Assembly (NCBI GenBank): GCA_024704765.1
Contig: JAKMXF010000155.1
Span: 1 to 64,000, forward strand
Direction of reading: 5' to 3'
DNA length: 64,000 bases
Origin: Oopsacas minuta
Lineage: Eukaryota > Animalia > Porifera
In this document: one piece after another, positions 38,795 through 52,257 of the stretch
How positions within the stretch are numbered: position 1 is the first letter of the stretch
How the letters are laid out: each line of letters starts with the position of its first letter
Program-made: the position numbers and the translations under genes
The notes under the pieces: model-generated
Databases searched by the model: none
Told to the model about the DNA's origin: nothing
The model's input: only the letters and a program-made list of their open reading frames with translations

Positions 38795-40450
38795 AGAATT
38801 TTGCACCAGTTACAGAAAATGTCATTAATAAAAGTTTTGGAGAGTAGAGGGCCAAAGATTGAACCCTGGGTGACCCCAAATTTGACCTTGCTAGGTTTTG
38901 ACAGCTGATTACCGTAGGCAACTCTTTGTGTACGATGATTCAGGTAGCTGTTCATTTCGTTTATGGGCGAGACGGAATAAAGCTTCAGTCTTGCAAGACT
39001 AAATCAAACGCTCTACTAAATATAGAGCAACAATTCCAACGCATTAATCACTACATAACCTAACATGCAATCATGCAACCTTGTGAAGACCAGTTTCACA
39101 GTTGTGTTTTGGTTAAACACTGATTGATTTATTGATATGAGGCTATACGGATCGAGATATGAGAGAACTGAATCATAAACATGTCTTTCAATTAGATTGG
39201 ATAATATTGGAAGCACAGGGATTGGTCTGTAGCTGGACTTCTCAGCTGTATCACTGTCTTTGTGGAGGCATGTCATTCTAGCTTCCTTCCAGGCAGAGGG
39301 GAATTCCATTTGGCTACACTAAGGTTAATAATCTTAGTATCGGTCTTGCTATAACAGAAGCTGATAATTTAAGTAACTTTGGCCAACATTATCTAGTCGC
39401 ATCCTTTAGAATCACCTAATGTTTTTAACTACTTAAGCACATATTGGTATTCAATTGGGTGGAATATGAAATGAAGAGCAGGAGGGAACATTTGGCAACA
39501 TAACCCTGTAGCTGAGGAAAGTCAGAAAATAGATTGTTATTCAAGTTGAGAGATCTGTTATCTGGGCGTCTTTGTCCAAGAGTTGAATATCTTTGGTGCA
39601 TTTTTTGAGTAAAAGCTCGCGAAATATTTTCCAGAACGCCCTAGGTTTAGGATTTTTCTTTTCTAAATATTTGAAAGTAGACAGACTTAGATTAGACGAT
39701 TAGGCGATAGACCTTATTTTTCGATGTACACCACTGGGCTAAATCATAACATAGAGCGAATTATCTCTGATTTTAATAGCAACTATAACATCATTGCCAA
39801 ACCATTCAGGCTATAGTCTAAATTTGATTATCCGTTTTAATAGCCAAGTGAAAACTAACAACACGTATAAACAAGTCGCACTACTTCTCTATTATTTAAT
39901 CTGGATTACAAGAAAGAACATTCTATTATATCCGAATGATTAGAAGACAAATATATAAGACAATTTTCTTCATCAAAAAGTTTGAATGATCTATAAGTGA
40001 TATACTAGTATTTGTGCCTTTGCTCCTGCGAATAACTGTGCAACTATGTTTCTTTCCTGTAACTAGATATATAAGAAAATGGTCACTGCTGACAAAACCA
40101 TCTGTAGATACAAGATGAACATTCTCACTATGTGACACATAGACATGATCAATAAGTGACGCAGAAGCATCAGTTATTCTTGTTGGTTGAGAATCTGAGT
40201 GTGTTATAGTATCGATCATCGAAAGCAGAATAAATTAAAAATAAATATAAGATGTAGTTAAGTTTATGAAATTGTAGAAGTTATATAAGGATCTTGCTCG
40301 GAAAAAGTCCACAATTTTATGACTATACGGATTAGTTTTTCCCAGAAGTAGGCGGTAAAACTTACTCAATTGCTCAGTTAATGAACATTTATCGTTACAA
40401 AATGATACTTTATCAACAATAGATGCAGTCCACAAAAGAGTTGTGATCAA
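38795..40450 (-). mobile_element. Second piece of the same LINE family: APE endonuclease remnant plus RT
   Basis: QPTRITDASASLIDHVYVS...SSDH (APE C-terminal motifs) in ORF 39926-40219. 38795-39335 is the near-identical reverse complement of ~32342-32910. Confidence 0.8.
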
Positions 40451-40945
40451 TTTCTGGGCATGATGAAAATACTGCTTTGTCGAACTTCCCTTAAATACAC
40501 GATTATCAAGATCTACTTTACGTCTTTTCCATGCTGATGATGCAATTAATGTATCATAATGCGTTTGAAATTCGATCTAAGTATTGAATATTGTATGGAA
40601 AAATTGATCTTAGGGCCTAAACCTTTGTACAAAAATGTGTTATGGTGAGCCAAACACAAATAGTGTGAGAAAATATTTCGTGGCATCAATCTTCATTCAC
40701 TAAATATATTTAGACACATTTTTCTTTTAAATAAGTCACCTAAATTATCGTCGAGGCCATTATTGGTATTATACCTGAATCAATTTTGGAAAATATTTAA
40801 TAACCAGATAAGTAGACAAATTTTTGAAAAAGTCAAGGGCTGGATAAAATCACCTCGCAGGTAGGAGTTTAACGACCCCTGATTAGATATTACAGAATCA
40901 TTTCACTTGAGTATAGTAATTGAAGGTAATGAAATAATTGACAAA

Positions 40946-41208
40946 AGTCCAACATACACGATGCAACTGTACTGTGCAACAAAATTGCCGAGTGTTTGTT
41001 GAATTTTCAATGCCACCTAATTGCATGCAACTTTGTTGCGTGAAATTGTGCTTTGGAATTTTGATACATGGTGTAGAATAAGAATTGCATGCAACAATAT
41101 TGCAAGAAACCTATTGCATGGAAATAGGAAATTTTCGATTTTCAAGCAATATAGTTGCATGAAAATTCATTTTCCCATGCAACAATGCTGCATCGTCTAT
41201 GGTGGGCA
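40946..41208. mobile_element. Palindromic MITE, PIF/Harbinger-like
   Basis: Ends GTCCAACATACACGATGCAAC / GCTGCATCGTCTATGGTGGGC with internal TTGCATGCAAC-like repeats; TSD not resolved. Confidence 0.45.
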
Positions 41209-42959
41209 CAAAATGTGAAGTTGCTATAATTCGAATATAGTTATACATAAAACCGTATAGCATACCGATATCTCGAACCAATGTATGACTACCTTTGCAA
41301 TTCAATCATTTAAACATTAGAATCGGTCAAATGTCCGTATAGCGTAGCTAGGTAGCTACTAAGGGTTGCCAGCAACCCCAGTTGCAACCCTGGGATGCTA
41401 TCAATCTCGACATTATTGTAGTTGCAATCAACACATTGGGAATCATAGTGGTAAAAGGTGTGGCGCTCTTCACTTCTAGTGCTACTTACGCCTCTGGCCA
41501 TTGTGGAATGAAAGGTTCAATGCATAAGCCTTTTGGTATTAAAACAAGTTCAAATAATGTAGTTAACTACAAAAGCATCTTGGACTTCAAGATTATAGAT
41601 AAACTAACTATTTCTTAGATAGGAAAAGTATCCTGAGTCTAACCCACAGCCAACAGTGCAAAGCTGTGCGTGTGGTAAAAATTCTCAAGCAAGGCACATG
41701 AAAATATTAGTAGTAGTATTGAAAATGAAAGATATTATGTCAATACAACATTTAAATAAAACACTCAACATTTCAACCAAAATAGCTTAATAGAGAAAAA
41801 ACTGAAATAAATTAATATCGACTGTAATGAAAATGCAACAAACCTAAAGTATTAAATGGGCACATAAAATTCAGAGATTTGGCCAGTAAAAATGAGTTCA
41901 TCGAAGATTGTCCGAATAGATCTTTCATCAGCAAAGATAACTTTGGCAGCACAGAAAGGTATGATATCAAAGGATAATGATGACATGGAACTGAGCCATT
42001 TCGTAAATAATTCAAGTACAAAATAAGAGAGCGAAAATATGCTTGGGAAGCGTCAAACAAGACAAGAGAATCAAAATAAATGTGGAAAGAATCATTTGCG
42101 AACATGTCGATAGATGGAACATAGGGAAGATCTAGAAATTGATCTAAAATAAAAGTGTATCATATAGTAGTAATAAATTATTCGATAACAAAAAAAATAC
42201 ATGCAAATACAGGGTGTAACATAACAATGACCGGTTGAAGATATAATTACTATTATTAGCATTAAGAAGATTTGATTATGTAGTATCTTCGTGTTTTGGC
42301 AGAGACAGATCTACTCTAACGTTCATGAAAAGATCTTTGCATTCGAAGAAGGATACAAAATGTGTGGGATTTTTTGTACAACAAGTACACTTAGTATGCC
42401 AACATTGGTTCAATTTCAGCTAAAATATATACATAGAGATAATGGATTTGCTGTAGTATAAGAACAGGCATAGGAATATAGTCACCATCATTTTAACAAT
42501 GTGTGGAATAGATACAATCCGGTGGGGGTATAGAAGGATATGGTGAGGAATTTTTCAACGCAGTATGCGAGTTCAATTTCATATCTCTTGCTACTGATAA
42601 TGCTGCAGCTGTTTGAGAAGAATTACAAGATGAAACTGAGAGCGATTAATTAGATAAATATCAGGTACAATCATTTTATAACATGTGAACATAAAAAATT
42701 TCCAATATTTTAGTTTATGTCAAGACTTTCATAATGGATATGTATTAAACACTACTAACTGGCATGTATTGAATTCAAGGAGTGTTAGAAATTAAATGAA
42801 AAGTAAAATTGTGACAAAAATTGTTTTGTGTACGAATTATTTAAATTGATTGATATTTTGGAGGTAGAGATACCTCTAAATCACTCCATTAGGTTTTGAA
42901 CAAACAATTTTTTTGATCGATATCTGAATCTGAGAGATCTGTGATTTAGGAAACAGAAT

Positions 42960-44110
42960 AATATTCTGACTTATTAATTTAGGTTCTGCAAATTTCGTGT
43001 ATGCTAACATAAGAATTTGGCTACGAGATGTTACAGACAGATCGCTCATTGATGTCGAGGGGAACTTTCAACTTAGAGTGCACATACCCACGCCCGTTAG
43101 AAGGAGTGCTATGATAGCACTGCTAGCTAAAGCTAACGCAATTTTCCTCTGAGAATGAACCCTAGCCATAAGTGTATCGTAGAGGAATGTCTTACCTGTA
43201 CGACCGTGACCATGAATAAGGAAGACCTTAGGATATTACTTACGAGCGTCTACTGCTGACAATATAGTAATGAATATATTTTGTTGTTGAGTAATAAGTG
43301 AAGGAACATTCCGATCGACTATCGAGAGTTGCCATGAATGTCATAATTTAATTCCTGTTGGAAAATAAGAGCCTCATCGTAGGGATTTTTAGTGGGACTG
43401 GGCGTCGGCATTCTTTGGAAATCTGTTAGAGACTTCCATGGCATTGCAATCACTTATCAATATACGATAATCTAGTATTTAGAATTTGTTCATCAGCAAC
43501 GATAATGGATAGAAAATCATCAGAGAAAGAATACTCCTATTTTCCCAAAGTACCGCAGGATTATAGGATTCATTATAGAGTGAGATGTTAACGAATAGAT
43601 GATGTAATTACGGGGCATATTCCATGAAGCTACCATGGCTAAACACAGATCATACTCATTGTCGCCTTCCAGAAGTCCGCGTTGACATACAGCATCCTTA
43701 AATGTATCACAGACAGTACCTACGGCAAGAGTACGAATATCCTGGAAGCTGGCACACCCAGCGAAGATATTCTGCATGTCAGAATGGTCTTTAAAGGTGA
43801 CAGATTGTTGTTTCCCAAATGGAACTCTATCCTCATAACATATGGAAAATTAGAATGAAGTTGGAAAGAGAATATTTTATTGCAGGACTCACACGCAGAG
43901 ATATATTGCGCCTCAAGATAACTACTGACTTAATCCACTAGTTTTGTAAGGTCAGATCCGCACAATCACCTGTTTGGAAACTAATGATTCCTCTATCATG
44001 ACCTATATACACATATTTGTAGAGGTACTTAACAGCGCTAACCGTTCTGCGACAATTTCAAAATTGCATACGTAGATACTTTCCATGACAACGGACGAAT
44101 AAACAACAAT
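42960..44110 (-). mobile_element. Helitron RepHel remnant (Rep C-terminus, linker and PIF1 helicase motif I)
   Basis: AVKYLYKYVYIGHDR (~44000), GCASFQDIRT...TFKDAVCQRGLLEGDNEYD, HGHGRTGKTFLYDTLMARV...ALASSAIIALLL and KVPLDINERSVCNI. Confidence 0.85.
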
Positions 44111-44129
44111 TGCGATTTAATAATATAGA

Positions 44130-45480
44130 TTTAGTTGCTAGCATACCCGAGCGCATGAAACTTGTAATAGATAATGATGGAGATTATATATCCAAATAGA
44201 ATTTTGTGTATTTCATGTGTAGCCTTAAGGCATTACAATTCAGATTTAGACACAGATCTGCATGATGTTGCAGTAGTAATCGCATTGAATTCCATTCGAA
44301 ACTACCACCATGACATTTACTGTTTCTGATGTTATATCTTTTCAAACTTTCTTGATGTATACGTATTTCATCTTCGGACATAGATTCAAAAATCACATCA
44401 TAGAGTCTCTTGTCTATACCAAGCATCAAATCTAGCTCTGGGAGATTGAGAATAGACGTGTTTTCTCCGGGAAGTATTCCAAAATCGTGAAATACGGTAG
44501 TTTTTTCAATTCCCTTGCATAATCTTAAATTTTCTTCCAATCCACTATATTCCCTGCCAATGGCGCCGCTAGCATGGGGCTAGAGCTCCATCTAGATCTT
44601 TATCAGTCTTCATTTAGCTCCATTAGTGGCTGCGCGCTAGCGTCGCCACTGTTCCCTGCAAATTCTTCATACTGTAGAGCATGCTGAGTTGCCCCTCTTA
44701 GCTCCCATTTCCCATTATCGTCAAGATTTTCCCTTTCGCCCCAGGTACAGCAGAGGCAGGGATGCCTGCCTGATATAATACCAAAAGCTATTAGTGCAGC
44801 TTTGATATCAATCGTTAGGCTGACATTGAAATCTAGGATCAGCAGTCTTATTTCATGACTAGAGAATATTGACTTGAGGTTGTGATAATTTGCTGGTACT
44901 GAGCTCTGCCAAATTATAGCCAGATTGCTTATGCTATTAGAAGATTCTGGTTGAATTGTCAACTTCAAAAATTCTTGTCCAAAGTCCAATCATAATTTAT
45001 AACGTAATTTATAGATATTTATCCCAGCTGATCGAGAAAATCTCTTACTAAGAAGGACAGCTATATCAAAACAGAATACTGTCCAGACAGGACAAATATC
45101 AGAATGTCCTCTCTCCTGAGATCGGTTCAGTTCTAGTTTACATCAAAGAATTGCCGAACATTCCACATCGAGCAGTGTAAAATAATTTCATCCTTGGAGT
45201 GTGAATTGATTTTCCTCTCAATATACTTATAACTGACTTAAGATCGCTGGTACTTAGATTTCCAATAGTTTTAATCCTTAACATATCTAAGATTTCAAGA
45301 CCAACAGGTAATACACTACTTGGAGCGGACTCATCCAAGTAAGTAGCTATAAGATGCACCGGATGCCTGCCTAAAAGACGTGGAAGTTCGAGCTCTAAAT
45401 CATCACTTGCATCCAAACGCTTAACAATATCATCTCCTACAAATTTATCCAATAATTTTCTTTTGCCTAAGCTGTCTCTG
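44130..45480 (-). mobile_element. RAG1-like (Transib/Chapaev-related) transposase remnant
   Basis: MDFGQEFLKL, NYHNLK, IDIKAALIAFG...HPCLCC, PELDLMLG, CHGGSFEWNSMRLLL and a frameshifted IT-KFHAL. These parallel the D..K..G..CP.C / P.LH..LG / GN..RKL / K.H motifs of RAG1-like transposases. No TIRs found. Confidence 0.55.
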
Positions 45481-45599
45481 GTGTTAGTAACAACATTCGA
45501 AGAAGGACATTAATGGCGAATGCCTGTCTTACTCTCTGGCATATTTATTAGACAACTTTACAACTTGTTGGGGAGAATTTTCTTAAGGCCTACCAACAG

Positions 45600-46120
45600 A
45601 TATCTGTCCAATTTGCTGGAGTGTTGTTTTTTTTGGTCCAAATGGATACGCTCTTAACTTTCCATTTTTGCCAAGCAGTTTATCGCAAGGTACAAATTTT
45701 GGGCCTATCTCAATTTTATACTTCTGAAGAAAATCATAAAATATATATACGAAAGCTTCTTGCCTTGGCCTTTAACCCCCCGTTGAACTTCTCCCTCAAA
45801 CATTTCAAGATCCAAAGCACGAATGCCCTGATGAATTGCAAGCACTTGTAAACTATTTTCAACAGCACTGGATTATAAACTGTGAACCATGAGCTTTGGA
45901 ATATGTATGGAGTAGAACGAAGAACAAACAATAATCTGGTAGGTTGGATTTAAGAGTAAATAGAGCGATTGGAAAGGCACACGCAAATGTCTATGAATTT
46001 GTGTCACAACTCATTAGAGAGCAAGGATGTACACAAACGCTATTAGCTCAATAATATATCAGAAATATTATGGCTTATTCCAAGAATATAAAATACAGGA
46101 AAATCAACAAAAATATTAGA
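45600..46120 (+). mobile_element. MULE (Mutator-like) transposase C-terminal remnant
   Basis: FHFCQAVYRKVQILGL...RKLLALAF.P, RTNNNLVGW and IGKAHANVYEFV...EQ. Confidence 0.75.
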
Positions 46121-46449
46121 AACCTTACTTTATCTTTTAACTTGGGACAGAAGAGTGCTGATGTATATTAACCAGAATTAATCATAATATTGCACACCCA
46201 ACAAATATTTCTCTATGATTAATACTTTCACATTTTCATTTATGTACTTGTTTTGAATCTTATTAAAATAATTCATTTTTAAACCGTCAAATAATTGGCT
46301 TAATGGATTCGGCTCAAGTGGGGCCAAATGGTTGAAATAATACTTTATCACTCTATTAAGGTTTAGAACAAATTGTATTTTTTATTGATATCTGAATCTG
46401 AGGGACCTGTGAAAAACGAGACAGCTAACCATACTAGAAATAGCTTGAT

Positions 46450-46810
46450 ACTGTAATTCTTGAGCGTAACCTCGATAATGATGGTTTCTGTAAGGGTACT
46501 AGGTTGATAATTGTAGCATTTCTAACATTGTAATCGACGCGTAGATCGCAGCAGGTGTACACAAACAAAATGAGTGTCCATACTCCGAATTATCTTGACC
46601 TCTTTTTAAGTTGAGCCCCGTCTTGCGAAGGGGACAGTTTCTGTTTATTTAGCTCATTGTATCACCATCACCAAAGGACAGGGACAAAGCTTAGAAACTG
46701 TAGGACTGTATCTTCTATCTACTGATGCTATATAGAGCCATGGTCAGCTTTATGTCACTCTGAGTAGAATTAAGAATCCATCGAGGTTAAAAATCAAGTC
46801 AATAGGGAAA
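46450..46810 (+). mobile_element. Helitron PIF1 helicase C-terminal remnant
   Basis: LERNLDNDGFCKGTRLII and LAHCITITKGQGQSLETVGLYL...HGQLYVTLSRI. Confidence 0.85.
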
Positions 46811-47539
46811 TATTGAATCTTCATTCTCAGATTGAGCCCATGGAAGACAAAGATAAAATCCGTTATTTGTTTAATGATACATTCCCAAGTTCCAAACTAA
46901 CTATAACATCTCCTCTGGTTAACACGATTACTCTAGCTAAGAGAGAATCAGTTGTATCTGATCCTGATGGAAAGGTAAATCATTAAACTCACCGAGTTCG
47001 AAGATAACAGCCTCATTCCGTTAGATTTGTAGAGAATCGAATGGATTCTGAATGCGCATCAGATTGTATACTCCGTAATCCTCTTTATCCCTCGGGAATT
47101 CTTCCGTATTCTTCGATGAATAACTTTACCATTGTGATGAGATTGAAATTGGCATAGAGATTAGGAACAGAAGGTTTGACCATCCATCCAGATAGGGAAA
47201 CCCATCGACAATCTTCTAACTATTATTCATCACTTTGAATTACAATTGATTAATTATTTTGGTATCAACGTATTCGTATATTCTGTCAAACTCGATTGAA
47301 TCTGTCTTAATCGTCCCATATCTCATATAATTTTCTGTATGTAGTTAAGAGTATTTCAACGTTTTGAAAGCCGAACTAACCAACAATTTGTTTCCTGCCC
47401 CAACACTATATTAATGTTATGCGACAATCCGGTATCTTAGGCCAACAGGAAATGCAGGAGCATGTGAGAACAGGTTCTCAGAGAAATACATAGGGCACTT
47501 ATGTTGGACTTTGCATACTAGGGAGCTATGACCAACTCA

Positions 47540-49963
47540 TTTATCATTACTATCTGTTCCCACATACGGTAGTGTACCTGTGACACCTCGAATTACACTC
47601 AACCTGCTTCCGTTTGCACTGGAAAGTCTTAGTCCGGTATGCTGTCTTACATTGGTATGAGGTGCGTGATATAACCCCTGCCTTTATCCTAGCAGGCGTT
47701 CTGACGGACACCTCTCTGTCAGGAACATCGTCAGGGTGGAGAAGCTTGTCAGTCCCGCAGGGTGTTAGGTCAGTGTAGGTGAATGCAGTACTGATTGGCC
47801 CTGTGCAGTCCCTATCTAGAAAGCCCCTCCATCCGAGTACACATCCGTACGGTGCCAATGAGACTAGTGGGACCAATGCTAGTCGTATCAGGGAACGGAA
47901 TGGGTATCCTCACATTATCCCCTTCTCAATGGTCTTGCCTACGATTCTTGCTAGACTGTATCATGTCAGCTCTTTGCTCCTTGAGTGCTCTTCAGCCTCC
48001 TTGACCGAGCTGCTCAGTAATCCGCGCTTTCCTGCAGTACTCATCGCGCGCACAAAAGCACTGTACTGGAGTCTTATCGTATGCGTCTATTTGGTCCAGG
48101 CAGTCAGCATGAAATGGATCCAGTTTACAATGGCTGTAACTCACAGTACTGTCGCCATCATCTATTACACAGACTGAACAGAGAGGATGGTCAGTGAAGT
48201 AGGCGTCAGATGCGCCGGGAATAGGAGATGATGGTGGTAGAGGTGAGAAGGATGGATAGGAGGGTATTGGCTCGACTGACAGGAGGTAATGTTAATATAA
48301 GGTATAACTTGTGTTCCGATCAGCAGGGGTACAGTAAGGTTGTAGGAATCGTCATCCAGATCGTCGGCAAACACAGATGAAGTAGACCTTAGGGTGGTCA
48401 GGAGTGAAAGATGGGTAGGTAGTGATATTGTGAGAAGAGCAAGGCTGTGGTAGAGGAGTATCAGTGAGTGTGGCGCTAGCTGCAATATCTATTTCATCAG
48501 TAGGTTCCTGTAGGGAAAGAGAGGTTAATAACATAGGGCTGGGTGGTGGTGGTGGTGTATGCAGAGTATGAGCATACTCGGTAACCTGTCTGGTAGCTAG
48601 GGCCTGTTCCAGCTAGTCCTCATTATCAAGGGTGTTAAGTACTTCAATGGTCAGTAGCATATCCACCCTGAGATCAGGTGGCGTTCTCCCAAAGTGTACA
48701 AGAGAAGGGTCTCGCCTCAATACCCGAGTGGTATACGATATTCTTACTATACTGAACAAATTATAACACGCTTACCCACTCATTGGTCTCTTTACCCGCA
48801 TCCATGAGACGTGCGAATAATCGCTTCTTGAAATCACGATTAGCTCGCTTCACACTTCCCTGGTCCTGTGAGTGTCTTGACCTCCCCTGCACAAGGTGTG
48901 TACTTATCCAGAGTCTGCGCACGGCAGTGAATAGATGTTTGTTGACGAACTCTCTCCTATTATCCGTATGCAAGATGTGCGGCGTGCCATGCTCACCGAA
49001 GATCTGCACCAGATGTTCAGCCACCTTTACCGCTCGCTTGGACTTGAGAGGCCTCAGGATCACAAACTTGCTGAAGCAGTCTTGATAGTACTTGTCTGGG
49101 TATGTCTGCATATACACAAGGTCAGCCTGCGCACGTAGCTCAACATTCTCAGGTACGATAGGTCTGTCGATGACTTTCAGTGTAGATTTCCTGCCCTTGT
49201 TGGCTTGGCAAATGGCGCAAAGGTGTACGAAGAAGACAATCACAGCACGAAGCAGGTGGTAGTTGTGGCACATGTAATACTCGTACATCCTGTCTCGTCC
49301 CCCATGACTGAGCTGGTGATGTGCGGCCACTAGCTTATCCCACAGGTCTTCCTCAGCCACTACGCATAACTTGCTCCGTGTAGTACCCCGGAAATTACCT
49401 CGTTTCGCGTATAGGACCTTTACACCCTCAAACTCCTCCACAGAATAGCAACTTGGTCCTGCTCCAATTGTGATCGTTTGCATTGCAATTATCTTCTCTG
49501 TAACCCCTATAAATCATCTCTTCTCTCTCTCTCTCTCTCTCTCTTCCACCAACTGTAAAAACAGGTTGTTTTCAGAACCGCCTCAATCAACTGGTCAACT
49601 ATCCTGAACAACCTATTCACTGAAACTAATAGAGTTCCTAGAAGTACATTTACTACATTATATTCAACTTTGTCATTATTGTTTAGTATATATGTATTAG
49701 ATATTAAGCGTATTAATCCATACAAATACTTTTATCAAGTCCATTGAGGCATATATTAGTACTATGAATCTAGATACAACATACAATATGAGAATTTGAT
49801 ATTTCATTTATTTTAGCAAACCATAAACCATATCTTTAAAATTATAAACTATTGTATATTTAGTTAACCATAACATTTAATCTCAAATATTGTATAAGAA
49901 TACCTTACTCAATTTGGCCCCGCCAAATACTCAGTTGGCGGATACTCAATTTGGACGGTAACA
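47540..49963 (-). mobile_element. Ginger2/Tdd-like (KRBA2/SCAND3-type integrase) DNA transposon remnant, GC-rich
   Basis: ORF 48761-49483 has HHQLSHGGRD...CAIC (HHCC), QADLV, LHTDN..EF and RHSQDQGSVKRAN. A Cys-rich C-terminus (CKT...CKRKQVECNSRCH...C) is at ~47550-47650. One terminus 5'-TGTTACC at 49963 with internal TACTCAATTTGG repeats; the other end was not found. Confidence 0.75.
49517..49544. repeat. (CT)n microsatellite
   Basis: Direct inspection. Confidence 0.9.
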
Positions 49964-50947
49964 TATATACTTCTGATAATATTTAAACATGTATCTGAGC
50001 TTTAAACTACAATATACTGTAAACCACTCAATCTTTAGTAATTAAAATATGAACAACACTGATAACATATTTAAATTCTACTAGTCTGTATTACCATAGT
50101 ATGATCATTTCAAATTGGTAAGAGCAAACCTTGTTGACATATTTGCATTTTCATATTCGTTCCACAAGTAGCAGAAGTCGCACATCACTAGAATATTGGC
50201 ACCAGAATGTAAGACAGTATGAAAATCATATGATATTCTCTAAACTGACTTGCAAATATTTGGAAAATTGAAGATCAAGTCGATTTTGCCACATTCTATA
50301 TTTACAACGAAGTGGCACGCAAATATTTGTTATGTGCCACTACTTCCAGATGTGGTGCAAATATGAAAATGATAATAAGTCAACAAGATTTGTTCTAATA
50401 AATGCGAAATGGCCATAATGGGTTAAGACACACCTGTAGAATTAAAATATGCTATCAATATTTTTTCCGTCTCATTTGATTTCATTGCAATTTTGAATTA
50501 ATTAGTTAATTAGCTCATTATCTATTTAATGAACAAAGTGTGGCTCGAAAATATCCAATTAGAAAATATTCATCGATTTAGCCAAGACATTGTTAACTAG
50601 CACTGTCAAATATCTCATTCAGACATATTATCCTATGCATATTTAGTTGTGCGCAAGTACTTTGGTTCGGTTAGTGCAAATGAATTGATGTTTTAATGAA
50701 TATAAAGTAAACGAATATTTAAAATTGTAAATATAAGTAGAGCTTGCTCTTAAGGGCTATAATGGATAAGAAAGTATGCTAAATTTGAAATTCCTATTTT
50801 CGAGTTCTCTTATGCAATTCATCGTAGTATTTATGGATATATAGTAAAAAAATAGTTGGAATAATAATTCATCAAATCAATTTTGGCCACAAGCGATCAA
50901 CTATAAATAGACGTTGAAACGAAAGTTCTGAGAATATTTTGGCAATA

Positions 50948-52257
50948 CAGGGTGACAATTAAGTTCTGATACACGAATATACTCTGGTTTTTCCTAAACT
51001 AGTTATTCTTTCAATCCAAATTTTCACTGACAGTTAAAGCATATTATAATAAATCTTCCTATCCAATTCTATTCGATATAACCGCCTTTTACCTTTACTA
51101 CAGCTTTAAGTCGTCCTTGAAACTGTTGGACAGATTTAGGAAGTTCTTCCTGCAGAATTTTCTCCCATTCTGTAATCAAAGCCTTCCGCAGAGATTCCAA
51201 ATTTCCATGCTGAGTAGCGCAGACTCTGCTCTGTAAAGTCCCCCAGATGGAATAGTCAAGTGGATTCAAATCCGGACTTGAAGGAGACCATTCTTCCTTG
51301 GACAAAAAGTCAATATTTTCCCCTAAAAGCCAGGATTGAGTTGCTTTCGAGGCATGAGCTGGCGCAGAGTCCTGCTGGAATATCCAGGGTGTGTTTTTGA
51401 ACAAGGATGAACCAGCAGATTTGATTTCAGGCTCAAGAATCAACTCTCTATATGTTTGCGAGTAAATTTTGACCCCTTGTGGGACAAAAATCAATTTTGT
51501 CCGAGAATCTGCGGACACCCCAACCAAGACCATCACAGAAAGCGGTCTTTGCACTCGATCGATGAATTTAATGCTCTCAGGGATGTCTTTGCATGACGAC
51601 GCAATAATTCTATCATTTTGACGGTTAGTTGCTTCTTCTACCGTGAAAATATTGTCGTCCGAAAACAATATGTGTTCATAATCTTCAGTTACGAGGCGCC
51701 GCAGAAGCCTTTTTCACCTTTCAAGTCTTTTTACCCGAAGAGTGGGAGTGAGATGATGAACTGTTTGCCGTTTGAGTGATTTAAGTCCCAAGTCCTCATG
51801 TATCACCTTTCGAAATGTTTCGCGATTAACAGAGTCTCCCTTGCCATCTTCCGGATTGACCGCCTGGGATTTCGGCAGATTTTACTGCGGAGGTTTTCCC
51901 TTAGTGCTCTCGTACGAACTGTAGTCGGTCGGCCAGAACGAGACTTGTCTTCCACACTTTTGGTATCGTTATATCGTTTAATAGTACGATAAATGAATAA
52001 TCTGTTGATCTTTTCACTTTTCAGACTTTTCAAAATCTCGCTCTGTGTGCTCCCGGTCATAAATAATGAGATAATTTTTGACCTCTTTACTTCCATTTTG
52101 AAATTTCTGATTTTATGCGTGTATAGATTTAGATTACTGTTTGAACATAACAGGAAGACATATATGTTAGAATATAAATGATAGAAATAGTAATATAATA
52201 TATTGGAAACGTATCAGATCTATTGGAACTATGTATCAGAACTTAATTGTCACCCTG
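50948..52257 (-). mobile_element. maT-like (DD37D) element, full length, frameshifted
   Basis: Perfect 26-bp TIRs CAGGGTGACAATTAAGTTCTGATACA; TA at 50946-50947 and 52258-52259. ORFs 51803-52096 and 51069-51668 (FSDD, QQDSAPAH, SPDLNPLD with 37-residue spacing). Confidence 0.93.

Noticed and set aside
42210-42260. TACAGGGTGTAACATAAC resembling a Tc1 left TIR
   Set aside because: No partner TIR or transposase motif found downstream.
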